From NCBI GenBank assembly GCA_963776435.1, contig CAVZMK010000006.1:472895-536894 (forward strand): a stretch of 64,000 nt of DNA, read 5' to 3'. Position numbers and translations under genes: made by a program. Positions 37,358 through 46,135 of this stretch are shown here, one piece after another; position 1 is the first letter of the stretch, and each line of letters opens with the position of its first letter. The notes under the pieces were generated by a model that made no database searches, had not been told where the DNA came from, and saw only the letters and a list, made by a program, of their open reading frames with translations. Origin of the DNA: an uncultured Microthrixaceae bacterium. GTDB taxonomy: Bacteria; Actinomycetota; Acidimicrobiia; Acidimicrobiales; Acidimicrobilacustridaceae.

Positions 37358-38761
37358 TCAGGGTGCGGTCGCCTCGAGTCGTTCGAGGTTCTCGGCCGCC
37401 GGTGGCGTGAACGTGAGGAGCCGGGTGATCGCATCGCCCATACGAGGATCGCTGGCCTTGTCGAACATTCCTCGGGCGATGTTGAGACGGCTGGACTCGA
37501 GCCATTCCCCCATGTCGGGCTGCGCGTTCCACAGCTCGAGCGACGCGAGCTGCCCCCGCATGTTCGGGATCCAGTCGGTCGCCGCGTCCGGGTAGCGGTT
37601 GGTCGGCGCCAGTCGTGCCTTGGCCTCGAGGTCGTCGGCGCGGCTGCCTTCGATGTAGCCGATGACGGCGGCGTTGAACGTCGGGAACAACGTGCTCACA
37701 CATTGCACGGTGATCCGACCGGGTTCGAAGATGGGCCGGGCGGGCGCTTTCCCGAGGCCGGCGGCGGAGCAGTCGACGAACAACTGCCCTGGGTCGCTCG
37801 TGATCGTGCCCCCTTCGAGCTCGACCTCGTTGGTGTGGACGGCCTTGGCGTGCCCGAGTCGGATGACGTGCTCGATGGAACGCAGGACCTCGAGCTCGGC
37901 GAGGGTCAGCGTGGCCCCGTGGTACATGGTCGGCGAGACCTCGGGATCGAGCCGAAGGAGCTGACCGACCGATTCGAGCTGCAGGAACAGATCGTCGGCG
38001 GTGTCGGCGGCAGCTGACGCCTCGACGGCACGCGACAGGCCGTCGACGGTGTCGGTGACGAGGTCGAGGGGTTGGACCTGGGCCCGGTTCCACATCCAGG
38101 CGTCGCGGGCGCGCACCCAGCGGATGTGGTCCGGGTCGACACCCTGGCCGAGCAGCCAGGTGCAGGCATCGGAGCCGGTCTTGCCGCCGCCGATGATCGT
38201 GTAGCCCGTCGACGGCTCGCGCACGTCGACCAGTTGATCCACCGGAACGCACCTCACGTCCGGGTCGACGAGGAACGACCGCGTGTGGCGCTTCGGGATC
38301 GTCGGTTCGAGATACCGGGCGTCGACGACGGCACGGCGGACACCTACCTCGGTGGTCGCGCCCGTGAGCGTCGAGACGAACGCGACCTCCGGCGTGTCGA
38401 GACCCAGGTAGTTCGTCATCGGGCAGAACCGGACCTGCCCGGACGCGACGAGGCGATCCATCACGCGGCGGAAGTAGTCGCGGATCTGGACGCCCTCCGC
38501 CCGTTCGTACAGGCCGGCGTTGAGGCCCGTCTCGTCGATCTTGTCGTCGCCCAGCGGCATCGAGTTCACGCCGTAGCAGGCGGCGGCCTGGTGGAGCCGG
38601 ACGAACGGGTACGCGTCGTTCCAATGACCACCCGCGGCGTGCCGACGGTCCACCATGACCACGTCCGCGCCCGGATCGGCGTCGATCAAGGCGTCGGTGA
38701 AGGACAGGCCGGCGGCGCCCGCGCCGATCACCAGATAGTCCGTCTCGAGGGTCGCTGTCAC
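37358..38761 (-). CDS. FAD/NAD(P)-binding oxidoreductase (flavin monooxygenase-like)
   Basis: ORF-track 37358-38761, 467 aa. N-terminal dinucleotide fold DYLVIGAGAAGLSF and a second GxGxxG (YTIIGGGKTGSDA). Intact. Confidence 0.75.
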   Translation of the reverse strand: MTATLETDYLVIGAGAAGLSFTDALIDADPGADVVMVDRRHAAGGHWNDAYPFVRLHQAAACYGVNSMPLGDDKIDETGLNAGLYERAEGVQIRDYFRRVMDRLVASGQVRFCPMTNYLGLDTPEVAFVSTLTGATTEVGVRRAVVDARYLEPTIPKRHTRSFLVDPDVRCVPVDQLVDVREPSTGYTIIGGGKTGSDACTWLLGQGVDPDHIRWVRARDAWMWNRAQVQPLDLVTDTVDGLSRAVEASAAADTADDLFLQLESVGQLLRLDPEVSPTMYHGATLTLAELEVLRSIEHVIRLGHAKAVHTNEVELEGGTITSDPGQLFVDCSAAGLGKAPARPIFEPGRITVQCVSTLFPTFNAAVIGYIEGSRADDLEAKARLAPTNRYPDAATDWIPNMRGQLASLELWNAQPDMGEWLESSRLNIARGMFDKASDPRMGDAITRLLTFTPPAAENLERLEATAP

Positions 38762-38826
38762 CCGACCTCCCTCCCTCCGGAACCGGGACGCCCGAATCCT
38801 AGGGACCGGACCAGCTGGCCCGCTCG

Positions 38827-38880
38827 CTCACGCGCGCTTCGCGCGTGAGTCCGCACGCCCCGTCGACAAAGGGCGTGCGG
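38827..38880. other. two adjacent perfect 10-bp-stem hairpins in the divergent region upstream of the dcw promoter
   Basis: Hairpin 1: ctcacgcgcg-ctt-cgcgcgtgag (38827-38849). Hairpin 2: ccgcacgccc-cgtcgacaaa-gggcgtgcgg (38851-38880). Confidence 0.7.
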
Positions 38881-38910
38881 GGGACCACAGGAGTACATGG
38901 GGGCAAAGGG

Positions 38911-38952
38911 TTGACGATGTGGGTCGGAGTGGCATAGGGTGGGGCGCAGTGG
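38911..38952 (+). promoter_or_regulatory. candidate dcw (Pmra) promoter overlapped by four phased GTGG(G) direct repeats (candidate MraZ boxes)
   Basis: TTGACG (38911-38916), an 18-nt spacer, then TAGGGT (38935-38940, TANNNT type). GTGGG/GTGG starts occur at 38919, 38929, 38939 and 38949, which is exactly 10-bp phasing. The site lies 157-198 nt upstream of the mraZ start. Confidence 0.5.
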
Positions 38953-39108
38953 AGGACGGGGGTGCCTGGATCCCGCGGCGTCGTTCAAAGGGGAACGGGG
39001 TCGTCGAATCGGCTCTGAGGCACCACCGGCCACCACGACACGAGGGGCAGTGAGAGCGCCGAAGCAGATCAGGACCGGGACGATGTTCGACCGGTCGGAG
39101 AGGGCAGC

Positions 39109-39528
39109 GTGTTCGTCGGCACCTTCGAGCATTCGCTCGATGACAAGGGCAGGGTCGTCCTGCCGGCGACGTTTCGCAGCCACCTCGCCGACCGGGGGTT
39201 CGTCTCCCAGTTCGACGCCTGCCTCGGGGTGTGGACCGAGGAAGGATTCGCCGACGTGGCCAAGCGACTGACCGAGAAGATCAGGGAGGGACTCGCTCCC
39301 CAGGACGCCATGCGCGCCTTCTCGGCCAACGCCGCCGAGGTCAAGCCCGACTCCCAGGGTCGCATCCTGCTCCCGCACCGTCTGCGCGAGTTCGCCGGCC
39401 TCGATCGTGACGTCGTCGTGATCGGTGCCATCGACCGCATCGAGATCTGGGACTCCCGCCGGTGGGGCGAAGTGGCAGCCCGCGCCGACGAGAGCCTCGT
39501 CAACGCCGTAACCGCCCTGGGGATCTGA
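39109..39528 (+). CDS. mraZ: transcriptional regulator MraZ
   Basis: ORF-track 39109-39528, 139 aa. Two MraZ/SpoVT-AbrB repeats: DDKGRVVLPATFR and DSQGRILLPHRLR. Confidence 0.9.
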   Translation: MFVGTFEHSLDDKGRVVLPATFRSHLADRGFVSQFDACLGVWTEEGFADVAKRLTEKIREGLAPQDAMRAFSANAAEVKPDSQGRILLPHRLREFAGLDRDVVVIGAIDRIEIWDSRRWGEVAARADESLVNAVTALGI

Positions 39529-39805
39529 GGACCCTCGGGCGCCATGTCCCAACCCACCCCCCCACTCAGCCAACTCCACACCCGCCCACCCACTTGCGAG
39601 GACCTGACCACCCGAACCGAGACCACGACAGGAACCGGATCGCTCATTCGCAGCCTCCCGGTCGGCACGATGGAAGGCCCCTACTCCGCCCGCTTCCCAT
39701 CCAGCCCGATCGGGGAGACATCCCGACGGGCGCCCGCCGGCCGAGAGGCTGCCGATGAGCGATCCTCCTGCACCCGCCCGCACCGCCCGCACCGCGGAAC
39801 CCCTC

Positions 39806-39843
39806 GAACCGGGCATCTTCGTACTCGGTTTCCGATCGAATCG
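39806..39843 (+). repeat. palindromic intergenic repeat, copy 3 (shorter, internally deleted version)
   Basis: aaccgggcatct (39807-39818) matches 12 nt of the core shared by copies 1 and 2. cggtttccg (39826-39834) matches the distal arm of copy 1. The arms aaccggg/ctcggtt pair at 6 of 7 positions. It ends 10 nt before the proposed rsmH start. Confidence 0.5.
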
Positions 39844-39852
39844 ACGCCCAGA

Positions 39853-40827
39853 TTGCCGAGTGCCCCGAGCTCGCCGCCGCCAGCGTTCCGCCACGAGCCG
39901 GTCATGGCCGAGCGGGTCGTCGCCGTGCTGGGTGCAGTCGGGCCGGGACTCCTGCTCGACGCCACGGTCGGTGGCGGCGGCCATGCCCGTGCCCTCCTCG
40001 AGGCGAACGCCGGGCTCCGCCTGATCGGCATCGACCAGGACGACGAGGCGCTGGCCGCGTCCGACGCCCTGGTCAGGGACTTCGCCGGGCGGGCCGTGCT
40101 CGTCCGTTCCCGCTTCGACCGCCTGGCCGACGTGGTGGCGAGCAACGGCGGCGGTGACCCCGTCGTCGCGGTCCTGTTCGACCTCGGCGTCAGCTCACCG
40201 CAGCTCGACCGGGCGGACCGGGGCTTCAGCTACCGCCAATCGGCTCCTCTCGACATGCGGATGGACCGCCGAGGCGGACCCACTGCCGCGACGGTCGTGA
40301 ACGAGTATCCCGAGGCCGAGCTGGCGTCGGTGCTGCGCCGGTACGGCGACGAGCGCTACGCCTCCCGGATCGCCCGCGCCATCGTCGCCGCCCGACCGGT
40401 GGAGACCACCGGTGAGCTGGCCGATCTCGTGCGCGATGCGATACCGGCGCCGGCCCGCCGACGCGGTGGACACCCGGCCAAGCGGACGTTCCAGGCCATC
40501 CGCATCGAGGTCAACGACGAGCTCGCGATCCTGCCCGGCTCCATCGACGCGGCGATCGACCTGCTGGCACCGGGTGGCCGGATCGCCGTGCTGAGCTACC
40601 ACTCCGGCGAGGACCGCATCGTGAAGGACCGTCTGCGCGAGGCCGAGACCGGCGGTTGCACCTGCCCGCCGGGCCTGCCCTGCGTCTGCGGGGCGGTGCC
40701 GAAGGTGCGTCTGCTGCGCCGCGGCGGCTGGACCGCCGACCCGGCCGAGAAGGCGCGGAACCCGCGGGCCGAGAGCGCGCGGTTGCGCGCGGCCGAGCGG
40801 CTGGGTGCGCCGGCGGTGTCGCCATGA
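39853..40827 (+). CDS. rsmH: 16S rRNA (cytosine1402-N4)-methyltransferase
   Basis: In ORF-track 39544-40827. Conserved sequence begins at FRHEPVMAERVV, followed by DATVGGGGHA, DLGVSSPQLD and SYHSGEDR. TTG 39853 is the only in-frame start just upstream of the conserved His. About 30 of the 103 upstream codons end in A/T, so the 5' extension is probably not coding. Confidence 0.8.
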   Translation: MPSAPSSPPPAFRHEPVMAERVVAVLGAVGPGLLLDATVGGGGHARALLEANAGLRLIGIDQDDEALAASDALVRDFAGRAVLVRSRFDRLADVVASNGGGDPVVAVLFDLGVSSPQLDRADRGFSYRQSAPLDMRMDRRGGPTAATVVNEYPEAELASVLRRYGDERYASRIARAIVAARPVETTGELADLVRDAIPAPARRRGGHPAKRTFQAIRIEVNDELAILPGSIDAAIDLLAPGGRIAVLSYHSGEDRIVKDRLREAETGGCTCPPGLPCVCGAVPKVRLLRRGGWTADPAEKARNPRAESARLRAAERLGAPAVSP

Positions 40828-41375
40828 GTCCCGGCCGCGCCACGGCTGCCGCCCGCGTCGACGAGGTCACCCCGCCGCGGCGCGCACCCGGTCCGGCGCG
40901 GCTCCGACCGGCCGAGTCCCAACCCGGTCGCCTGGCCCGGACCAGCGCGGCGCTCCGCTCGGGCAACCTGCTCGGTCGGGTCGGGACGCTGACCGCGGTC
41001 GCCTTGTTCGTGGCCGTGTTCGGCGTGGTCGTCTTCCAGGCCTTCCTCGTGCAGGGACAGGCCCGGCTCGACCATCTCAACGGCCAGATCGCCACCGAAC
41101 GCCAAACCTCCCGGCAGCTCCAGCTGCGCCTGGCCCAGCTCGACTCGCCGGCGCGCATCGTGACCGCCGCCCGCGCCTTGGGGATGATCGACGCGGGCGA
41201 CGTCGTGTACCTCCAGCCGGCTGCCTCCGACGAGGTGGCCGCCCGATACACCGCGCCGGCCACCACCGTGACGACGCCGACCACGACCGCCACCACGGTT
41301 CCGGTGACCACCACCGTGACGACGCCGACGACCACCGGCAGCACGGTCACCTCGGTCAAGGCCACCCGTCCGTGA
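40824..41375 (+). CDS. ftsL: FtsL-like septum formation protein
   Basis: In the frame of ORF 40656-41375. ATG 40824 overlaps the rsmH stop (ATGA). It has one TM (LTAVALFVAVFGVVVFQAFLV), a short coiled coil and a Thr/Pro-rich tail. Assigned by its position between rsmH and ftsI. Confidence 0.55.
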   Translation: MSPGRATAAARVDEVTPPRRAPGPARLRPAESQPGRLARTSAALRSGNLLGRVGTLTAVALFVAVFGVVVFQAFLVQGQARLDHLNGQIATERQTSRQLQLRLAQLDSPARIVTAARALGMIDAGDVVYLQPAASDEVAARYTAPATTVTTPTTTATTVPVTTTVTTPTTTGSTVTSVKATRP

Positions 41376-43651
41376 CCGCCACGGTCCGACCCTCGCGCCG
41401 CGTGGCGTCCGCCGGCAACGGGTCGACCACGACACGACGTCCGACGACGGCGAGGACGCCGACCGCGAAGCGCGCCACCGCGAGACCGAAGACCGCGAAG
41501 TCGGCGAGCGCGAGATCGGTGCCAGTGAGAACCGCGACGACGCGAACCGTGGCGCGGACGGGTCGCTCCGGCCGCCCGGCGCCGCGCCCGGCGACCCGGT
41601 CCGGGGTCGCAGCCCGGACGAGGACCTCGTCGACGACCGCCCGCTCGCGCACGGCGACGCCGACGCGCCGCGTCGCTCCCAAGGTCACGCCGCGCACCCG
41701 CACGGTGCCATCGTCTCGCCGGCGGACCACGCGACGCCGCGCCGTCCGCCGGGTCGACACGCGACGTCGCCTCCTGATCGTGCTCGGCGGTCTGACCCTT
41801 CTCTTCCTCGTCGTGGTGTGGAAGGTCGCCGACCTGCAGGTGCTCAACCCTCGCCACTACCTGGCGGTCGGTGCGTCGCAGACGGTGCACTCAGAGGTGC
41901 TGGCCGCGGATCGGGGAACCATCTTCGACCGCAACCACGACGAGCTGGCGATGACCGTGCCGATGAAGACGGTGTTCGCGGATCCCAAGCTGGTGACCGA
42001 TCCGCTGCGCGAGGCCACCAAGTTGGCCCCGCTGCTGCACCTCGACCGCGATGGGCTGGTCGCGAAGCTCAGCGCCCACAACCAGTTCGACTACCTCGCC
42101 CGGAAGATCCCGCTCGACCTGGCCGACAAGATCGCCGCGCTCCACCTCCCCGGCATCGACCTGCTCGACGAGCCCACCGTCGTGATGCCCGAAGGGCCGA
42201 CGACCGCCGCGCTCCTGGGATCGGTCGACATCGACAACAAGGGGCTGTCGGGGCTCGAGTCGCAGTACGACTCCCTGCTCACCGGCCAGCCAGGGGAGCT
42301 GACCCTGGCCGAGAACCCCCAGGGCCGGACGATCCCGGTCGGCGAGCACCAGCTCGTGGCGGCGGTGCCGGGCAGCGATCTGATGCTGACGGTGGATCGG
42401 TCGATGCAGTACGAGACCGAGCAGATCCTCAGCCAGCAGGTCGCCTCGGCGAACGCGAAGGGCGGGATCGCCATCGTGTCGAACCCGTCGACCGGCGAGA
42501 TCCTCGCCATGGCGAACGTGGCCGCCGATCCCAAGACGGGCCGCGTGACACCGAGCACCAACAACGCGGCCCTGACCACGGTCTACGAGCCCGGCTCGGT
42601 CATGAAGATCGCCACGATCTCCGAAGCGCTCGAGCGAGGGCTGATCACGCCGACCAGCAAGCTCGACGTGCCCGGCACGTATTCGGTCGGTGGCACGACG
42701 TTCTCGGACGCCGAGGCGCATGGGACCGAGGCCATGACCGTCGCCCAGATCGTCGCCCAATCGAGCAACATCGGCACCATCAAGATCGCACAGGCACTCG
42801 GGAGCAATGGCGTCTACGACGGCATCCGCGGCCTCGGCTACGGCAGCCAGACCGCGCTGCACTTCCCGAACGAGGCGGCCGGGACGGTGCTGCGCCCGTC
42901 GGAGTGGTCGGGCACCTCCATCGCGACGCTGCCGATCGGGCAGGGCATCTCGGCGACGGTGCTGCAGGTGCTCGAGGCCTACAACACCATCGCCAACGGC
43001 GGCCGCTACGTCGCCCCGCGGCTGGTCGACGCCACTATCGACCCGCAGGGCCACACCCACCCGGTGCCGGCCGACAGGGGCCACCGGATCATGTCGACCA
43101 AGACGGCGGACGAGATGAACCTCATGTTGCGGGGCGTGGTCACGGGGGGCACGGGCACGTTGGCCAAGGTCGACGGCTACACGGTGCTCGGCAAGACGGG
43201 CACGGCGCGCGAACCCCAGCCCAACGGTGGTTACACCGACACCCTCGGTCGATACCACTACGACGCGACCTTCGTCGGCGTGGTGCCGGCGCAGAAGCCG
43301 GCGTTGTCGGTCATCGTCGTGATCGACGACCCCCGCGGCGGCAACTACTTCGGTGGGGCCGTGGCCGCGCCGGCCTTCGCCAAGATCGCGTCGTACGGGT
43401 TGCGCCTGTTCCACGTGCCGCCGCCGTCGAACGATGCGGCCGCCGGCGGCGCGCCGATCACGGGCGCCGGCGTCGGTGGGGTCGGCGGTGCGGTGTTCAC
43501 CGAGCCCGACGGCAAGATCCGGGCGTACGCCGCCGGGACGACCAGCACGACCGTCGCGACTGCCCGCACGGCGAGGTCGGCGACGGGAGCGGCGACCTCG
43601 CACCCGACGGGCCCACCGGCCACGGGCCCGCCGACGACACGGAAGCCCTAG
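41372..43651 (+). CDS. ftsI: peptidoglycan D,D-transpeptidase FtsI (class B PBP)
   Basis: In ORF-track 40805-43651. GTG 41372 overlaps the ftsL stop (GTGA). A roughly 130-aa Arg/Thr/Ala-rich tail precedes the TM. Transpeptidase motifs present: SVMK (SxxK), SSN, KTGTA. Intact. Confidence 0.85.
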   Translation: MTATVRPSRRVASAGNGSTTTRRPTTARTPTAKRATARPKTAKSASARSVPVRTATTRTVARTGRSGRPAPRPATRSGVAARTRTSSTTARSRTATPTRRVAPKVTPRTRTVPSSRRRTTRRRAVRRVDTRRRLLIVLGGLTLLFLVVVWKVADLQVLNPRHYLAVGASQTVHSEVLAADRGTIFDRNHDELAMTVPMKTVFADPKLVTDPLREATKLAPLLHLDRDGLVAKLSAHNQFDYLARKIPLDLADKIAALHLPGIDLLDEPTVVMPEGPTTAALLGSVDIDNKGLSGLESQYDSLLTGQPGELTLAENPQGRTIPVGEHQLVAAVPGSDLMLTVDRSMQYETEQILSQQVASANAKGGIAIVSNPSTGEILAMANVAADPKTGRVTPSTNNAALTTVYEPGSVMKIATISEALERGLITPTSKLDVPGTYSVGGTTFSDAEAHGTEAMTVAQIVAQSSNIGTIKIAQALGSNGVYDGIRGLGYGSQTALHFPNEAAGTVLRPSEWSGTSIATLPIGQGISATVLQVLEAYNTIANGGRYVAPRLVDATIDPQGHTHPVPADRGHRIMSTKTADEMNLMLRGVVTGGTGTLAKVDGYTVLGKTGTAREPQPNGGYTDTLGRYHYDATFVGVVPAQKPALSVIVVIDDPRGGNYFGGAVAAPAFAKIASYGLRLFHVPPPSNDAAAGGAPITGAGVGGVGGAVFTEPDGKIRAYAAGTTSTTVATARTARSATGAATSHPTGPPATGPPTTRKP

Positions 43652-43655
43652 GGCC

Positions 43656-45099
43656 GTGAGGTTGTCCGATCTCGCTGCCGCGCTCCCGGAGGCGACCGTT
43701 GCCGTCCCGGCCGGCGCGGTGGCGTCCGATCTCGCGACGGTCGACGTGACCGCGATCGAGTTCGACTCACGGCGTGCCGGGAGCGGGAGCCTCTTCTGCT
43801 GCCTCCGGGGCGAACGTACCGACGGCCACGACCACGCCCCCGAGGCGATCGCCCGGGGCGCCGTCGCGCTCGTGGTGGAGCGTCCCCTCGACCTCGACGT
43901 GCCCCAGCTCGTGGTGAGCGACGCCCGCGTCGGGATGGCCGAGGCGTCCGTCGCGTTCTACGGGGATCCCGCCGGGCTCGATGACGGTGATCGGGGTGAC
44001 GGGCACCAACGGCAAGACCACGACGACCTTCTTGTTGCGCGAGGTGTTCGAGGAGGCGGGACTACCTGCCGAGGTGCTCGGCACGCTTTCCGGTGCCCGC
44101 ACCACTCCCGAGGCGCCCGAGCTCCAGGCCCGGCTGGCGGCGATGCGCGACCGGGGGACCGACGCGGTTGCAATGGAGGTCTCGTCGCACGCGCTCGATC
44201 TGCACCGGGTCGACGGCACCCGGTTCACCGTCGTGGCCTTCACCAACCTGAGTCGCGACCACCTCGACTACCACGGGACGATGGAGGCGTACTTCGAGGT
44301 GAAGGCGCGGTTGTTCTCGCCTGCGTTCTCGGAGCGTGCGGTCGTCGACATCGACAGCCCGTACGGACGGCTCCTGCTCGACGCGGCGAAGGTGCCCACC
44401 ACCGGCTTCTCGCTCGACGACATCGGCGATGTCGAGATGGACGCGACCGGTTCCCGCTTCACCTGGCGCGACCGCCGCGTGACGCTGTCCCTCGCCGGTC
44501 GGTTCAACCTGTCGAACGCGTCGACCGCGGCCGAGAGCGCGTTCGCCGCCGGGATCGACCCGGACGCGATCGCGAGCGGCCTCAGCCGTCCCGTGGTGGT
44601 GCCCGGCCGGTTCGAGATCGTCGACGAGGGCCAGCCCTTCGGGGTGATCGTCGACTACGCCCACACCCCGGACGGCCTCGAACAGGTGCTCGATGCCGCC
44701 CGGCAGCTGCGGGGCGGCGAGGTGACGGTGGTGTTCGGGTGCGGGGGAGAGCGGGACGCCACCAAGCGCCCGGCCATGGGCGAGGTGGCGGCGGGCCATG
44801 CCGATCGTGTAGTCCTGACGGCCGACAACTCGCGGGGGGAGGACACAGGAGCCATCATCGACGCAGTGAGAAAAGGGTACGAGCGGGCGGCCGAGCGGCC
44901 TCGCCACGATCTGATCGTCGAACCCGACCGACGTCGGGCCATCGCCCTGGCCTTCGCCTCCGCGCAGCCGGGCGACACGGTCGTGATCGCCGGCAAGGGC
45001 CACGAGACCACGCAGGTCACCGGTGACGTGACGGTGCCCTTCGACGATCGTGAGGTGGCGCGGGCCGAGCTCACGCGACTGTCGGGGGACCCCTCGTGA
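43656..45099 (+). pseudogene. murE: UDP-N-acetylmuramoyl-tripeptide synthetase MurE, one +1 frame break
   Basis: The N-terminal domain is in the frame of ORF 43353-45026 (VRLSDLAAALPEA...FCCLRGERTDGHDHA). From MTVIGVTGTNGKTTT onward the sequence is in ORF 43981-45099, including the DNSR variant of DNPR. The break is near 43975 (gccgg[g]ctcgatg). Length 1444 nt = 1 mod 3. Confidence 0.85.
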
Positions 45100-46127
45100 T
45101 CCGGCTCCTGTTCGCCGCCGCGATCGCGATCACCGTGTCGCTGATCGGCACCCGCGTGCTCATCGACGTGCTCGGGCGGCGTCGCATCGGCCAGCCGATC
45201 CGCGAGGACGGGCCACCCGGCCACTTCACCAAGGCGGGCACGCCCACGATGGGTGGAGTAGCCATCGTCGCCGGCGCCGGGCTGGGCTGGCTCGTCAGCG
45301 ACTTCTTCGGTGGCACCTACACCCGCCGCGGCATCATCGTGATCGCCACAATCGGGTTAGCCGGGCTCGTGGGTCTCGTCGACGACTGGCTCAAGGTGTC
45401 GGGCGCCCGCAGCCTCGGCCTCAGCAAGCGGGCCAAGTTCGGCGGGATGGTCGTGGTGTCCATCCTGTTCGTCATCGGGGTGCTGCGCTTCACCCACATC
45501 TCCCCGACGCTGGCACTGACCCGGTACAACTACCCGGGCATCCACCTCGGCAACCTGGGTTGGGCGCTGTGGGCAATATTCCTGATCGTCGGGATGTCCA
45601 ACGCGGTCAACCTCACGGACGGGCTCGACGGGCTGGCCTCGGGCTCGGCCATCTTCGGGTTCGCCGCCTTCGTCGTGATCGGCTTCTGGGGCTTCCGGCA
45701 CCAGTCGATCTACGGCGACCAGAGCTTCCTCGACCTCGCCGTGGTGGCCGCGTCGATGCTCGGCGCGTGCACCGGGTTCCTCTGGTGGAACGCGGCCCCC
45801 GCCCGCATCTTCATGGGCGACACGGGCTCGCTGGCGATCGGTGCCGGGCTGGCCGGGCTGGCGCTCAGCACGAACACCGGACTCCTTCTGCTGTTGATCT
45901 GCGGCCTGAACGTCGTCGTCACCGTCTCGGTGATCCTCCAGGTGGGGAGCTTCCGCCTGACCGGCAACCGCATCTTCCGCATGGCCCCCATCCAGCACCA
46001 CTTCGAGCTCGCCGGTTGGCCGGAGACCACCATCATCGTGCGCTTCTGGATCCTGGCCGGCCTCTGCACCGCGCTCGCGCTCGGCATCTACTACGCCGAC
46101 TTCGTCCGCCTCGGGGTGAACTACTGA
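45096..46127 (+). CDS. mraY: phospho-N-acetylmuramoyl-pentapeptide transferase
   Basis: ORF-track 45096-46127, 343 aa. Polytopic, with NAVNLTDGLDGLA and MGDTGSLAIG. Its start overlaps the murE stop. Intact. Confidence 0.9.
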   Translation: MIRLLFAAAIAITVSLIGTRVLIDVLGRRRIGQPIREDGPPGHFTKAGTPTMGGVAIVAGAGLGWLVSDFFGGTYTRRGIIVIATIGLAGLVGLVDDWLKVSGARSLGLSKRAKFGGMVVVSILFVIGVLRFTHISPTLALTRYNYPGIHLGNLGWALWAIFLIVGMSNAVNLTDGLDGLASGSAIFGFAAFVVIGFWGFRHQSIYGDQSFLDLAVVAASMLGACTGFLWWNAAPARIFMGDTGSLAIGAGLAGLALSTNTGLLLLLICGLNVVVTVSVILQVGSFRLTGNRIFRMAPIQHHFELAGWPETTIIVRFWILAGLCTALALGIYYADFVRLGVNY

Positions 46128-46135
46128 GCGGCGGG

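Noticed and set aside
39540-39625. The C-rich tract after mraZ as a 6C-type small RNA.
   Set aside because: 6C RNAs have two stem-loops, each presenting a C-rich loop. Here the C-runs are not flanked by complementary stems that I can see, and the genomic context differs. It is kept only as an unexplained spacer.
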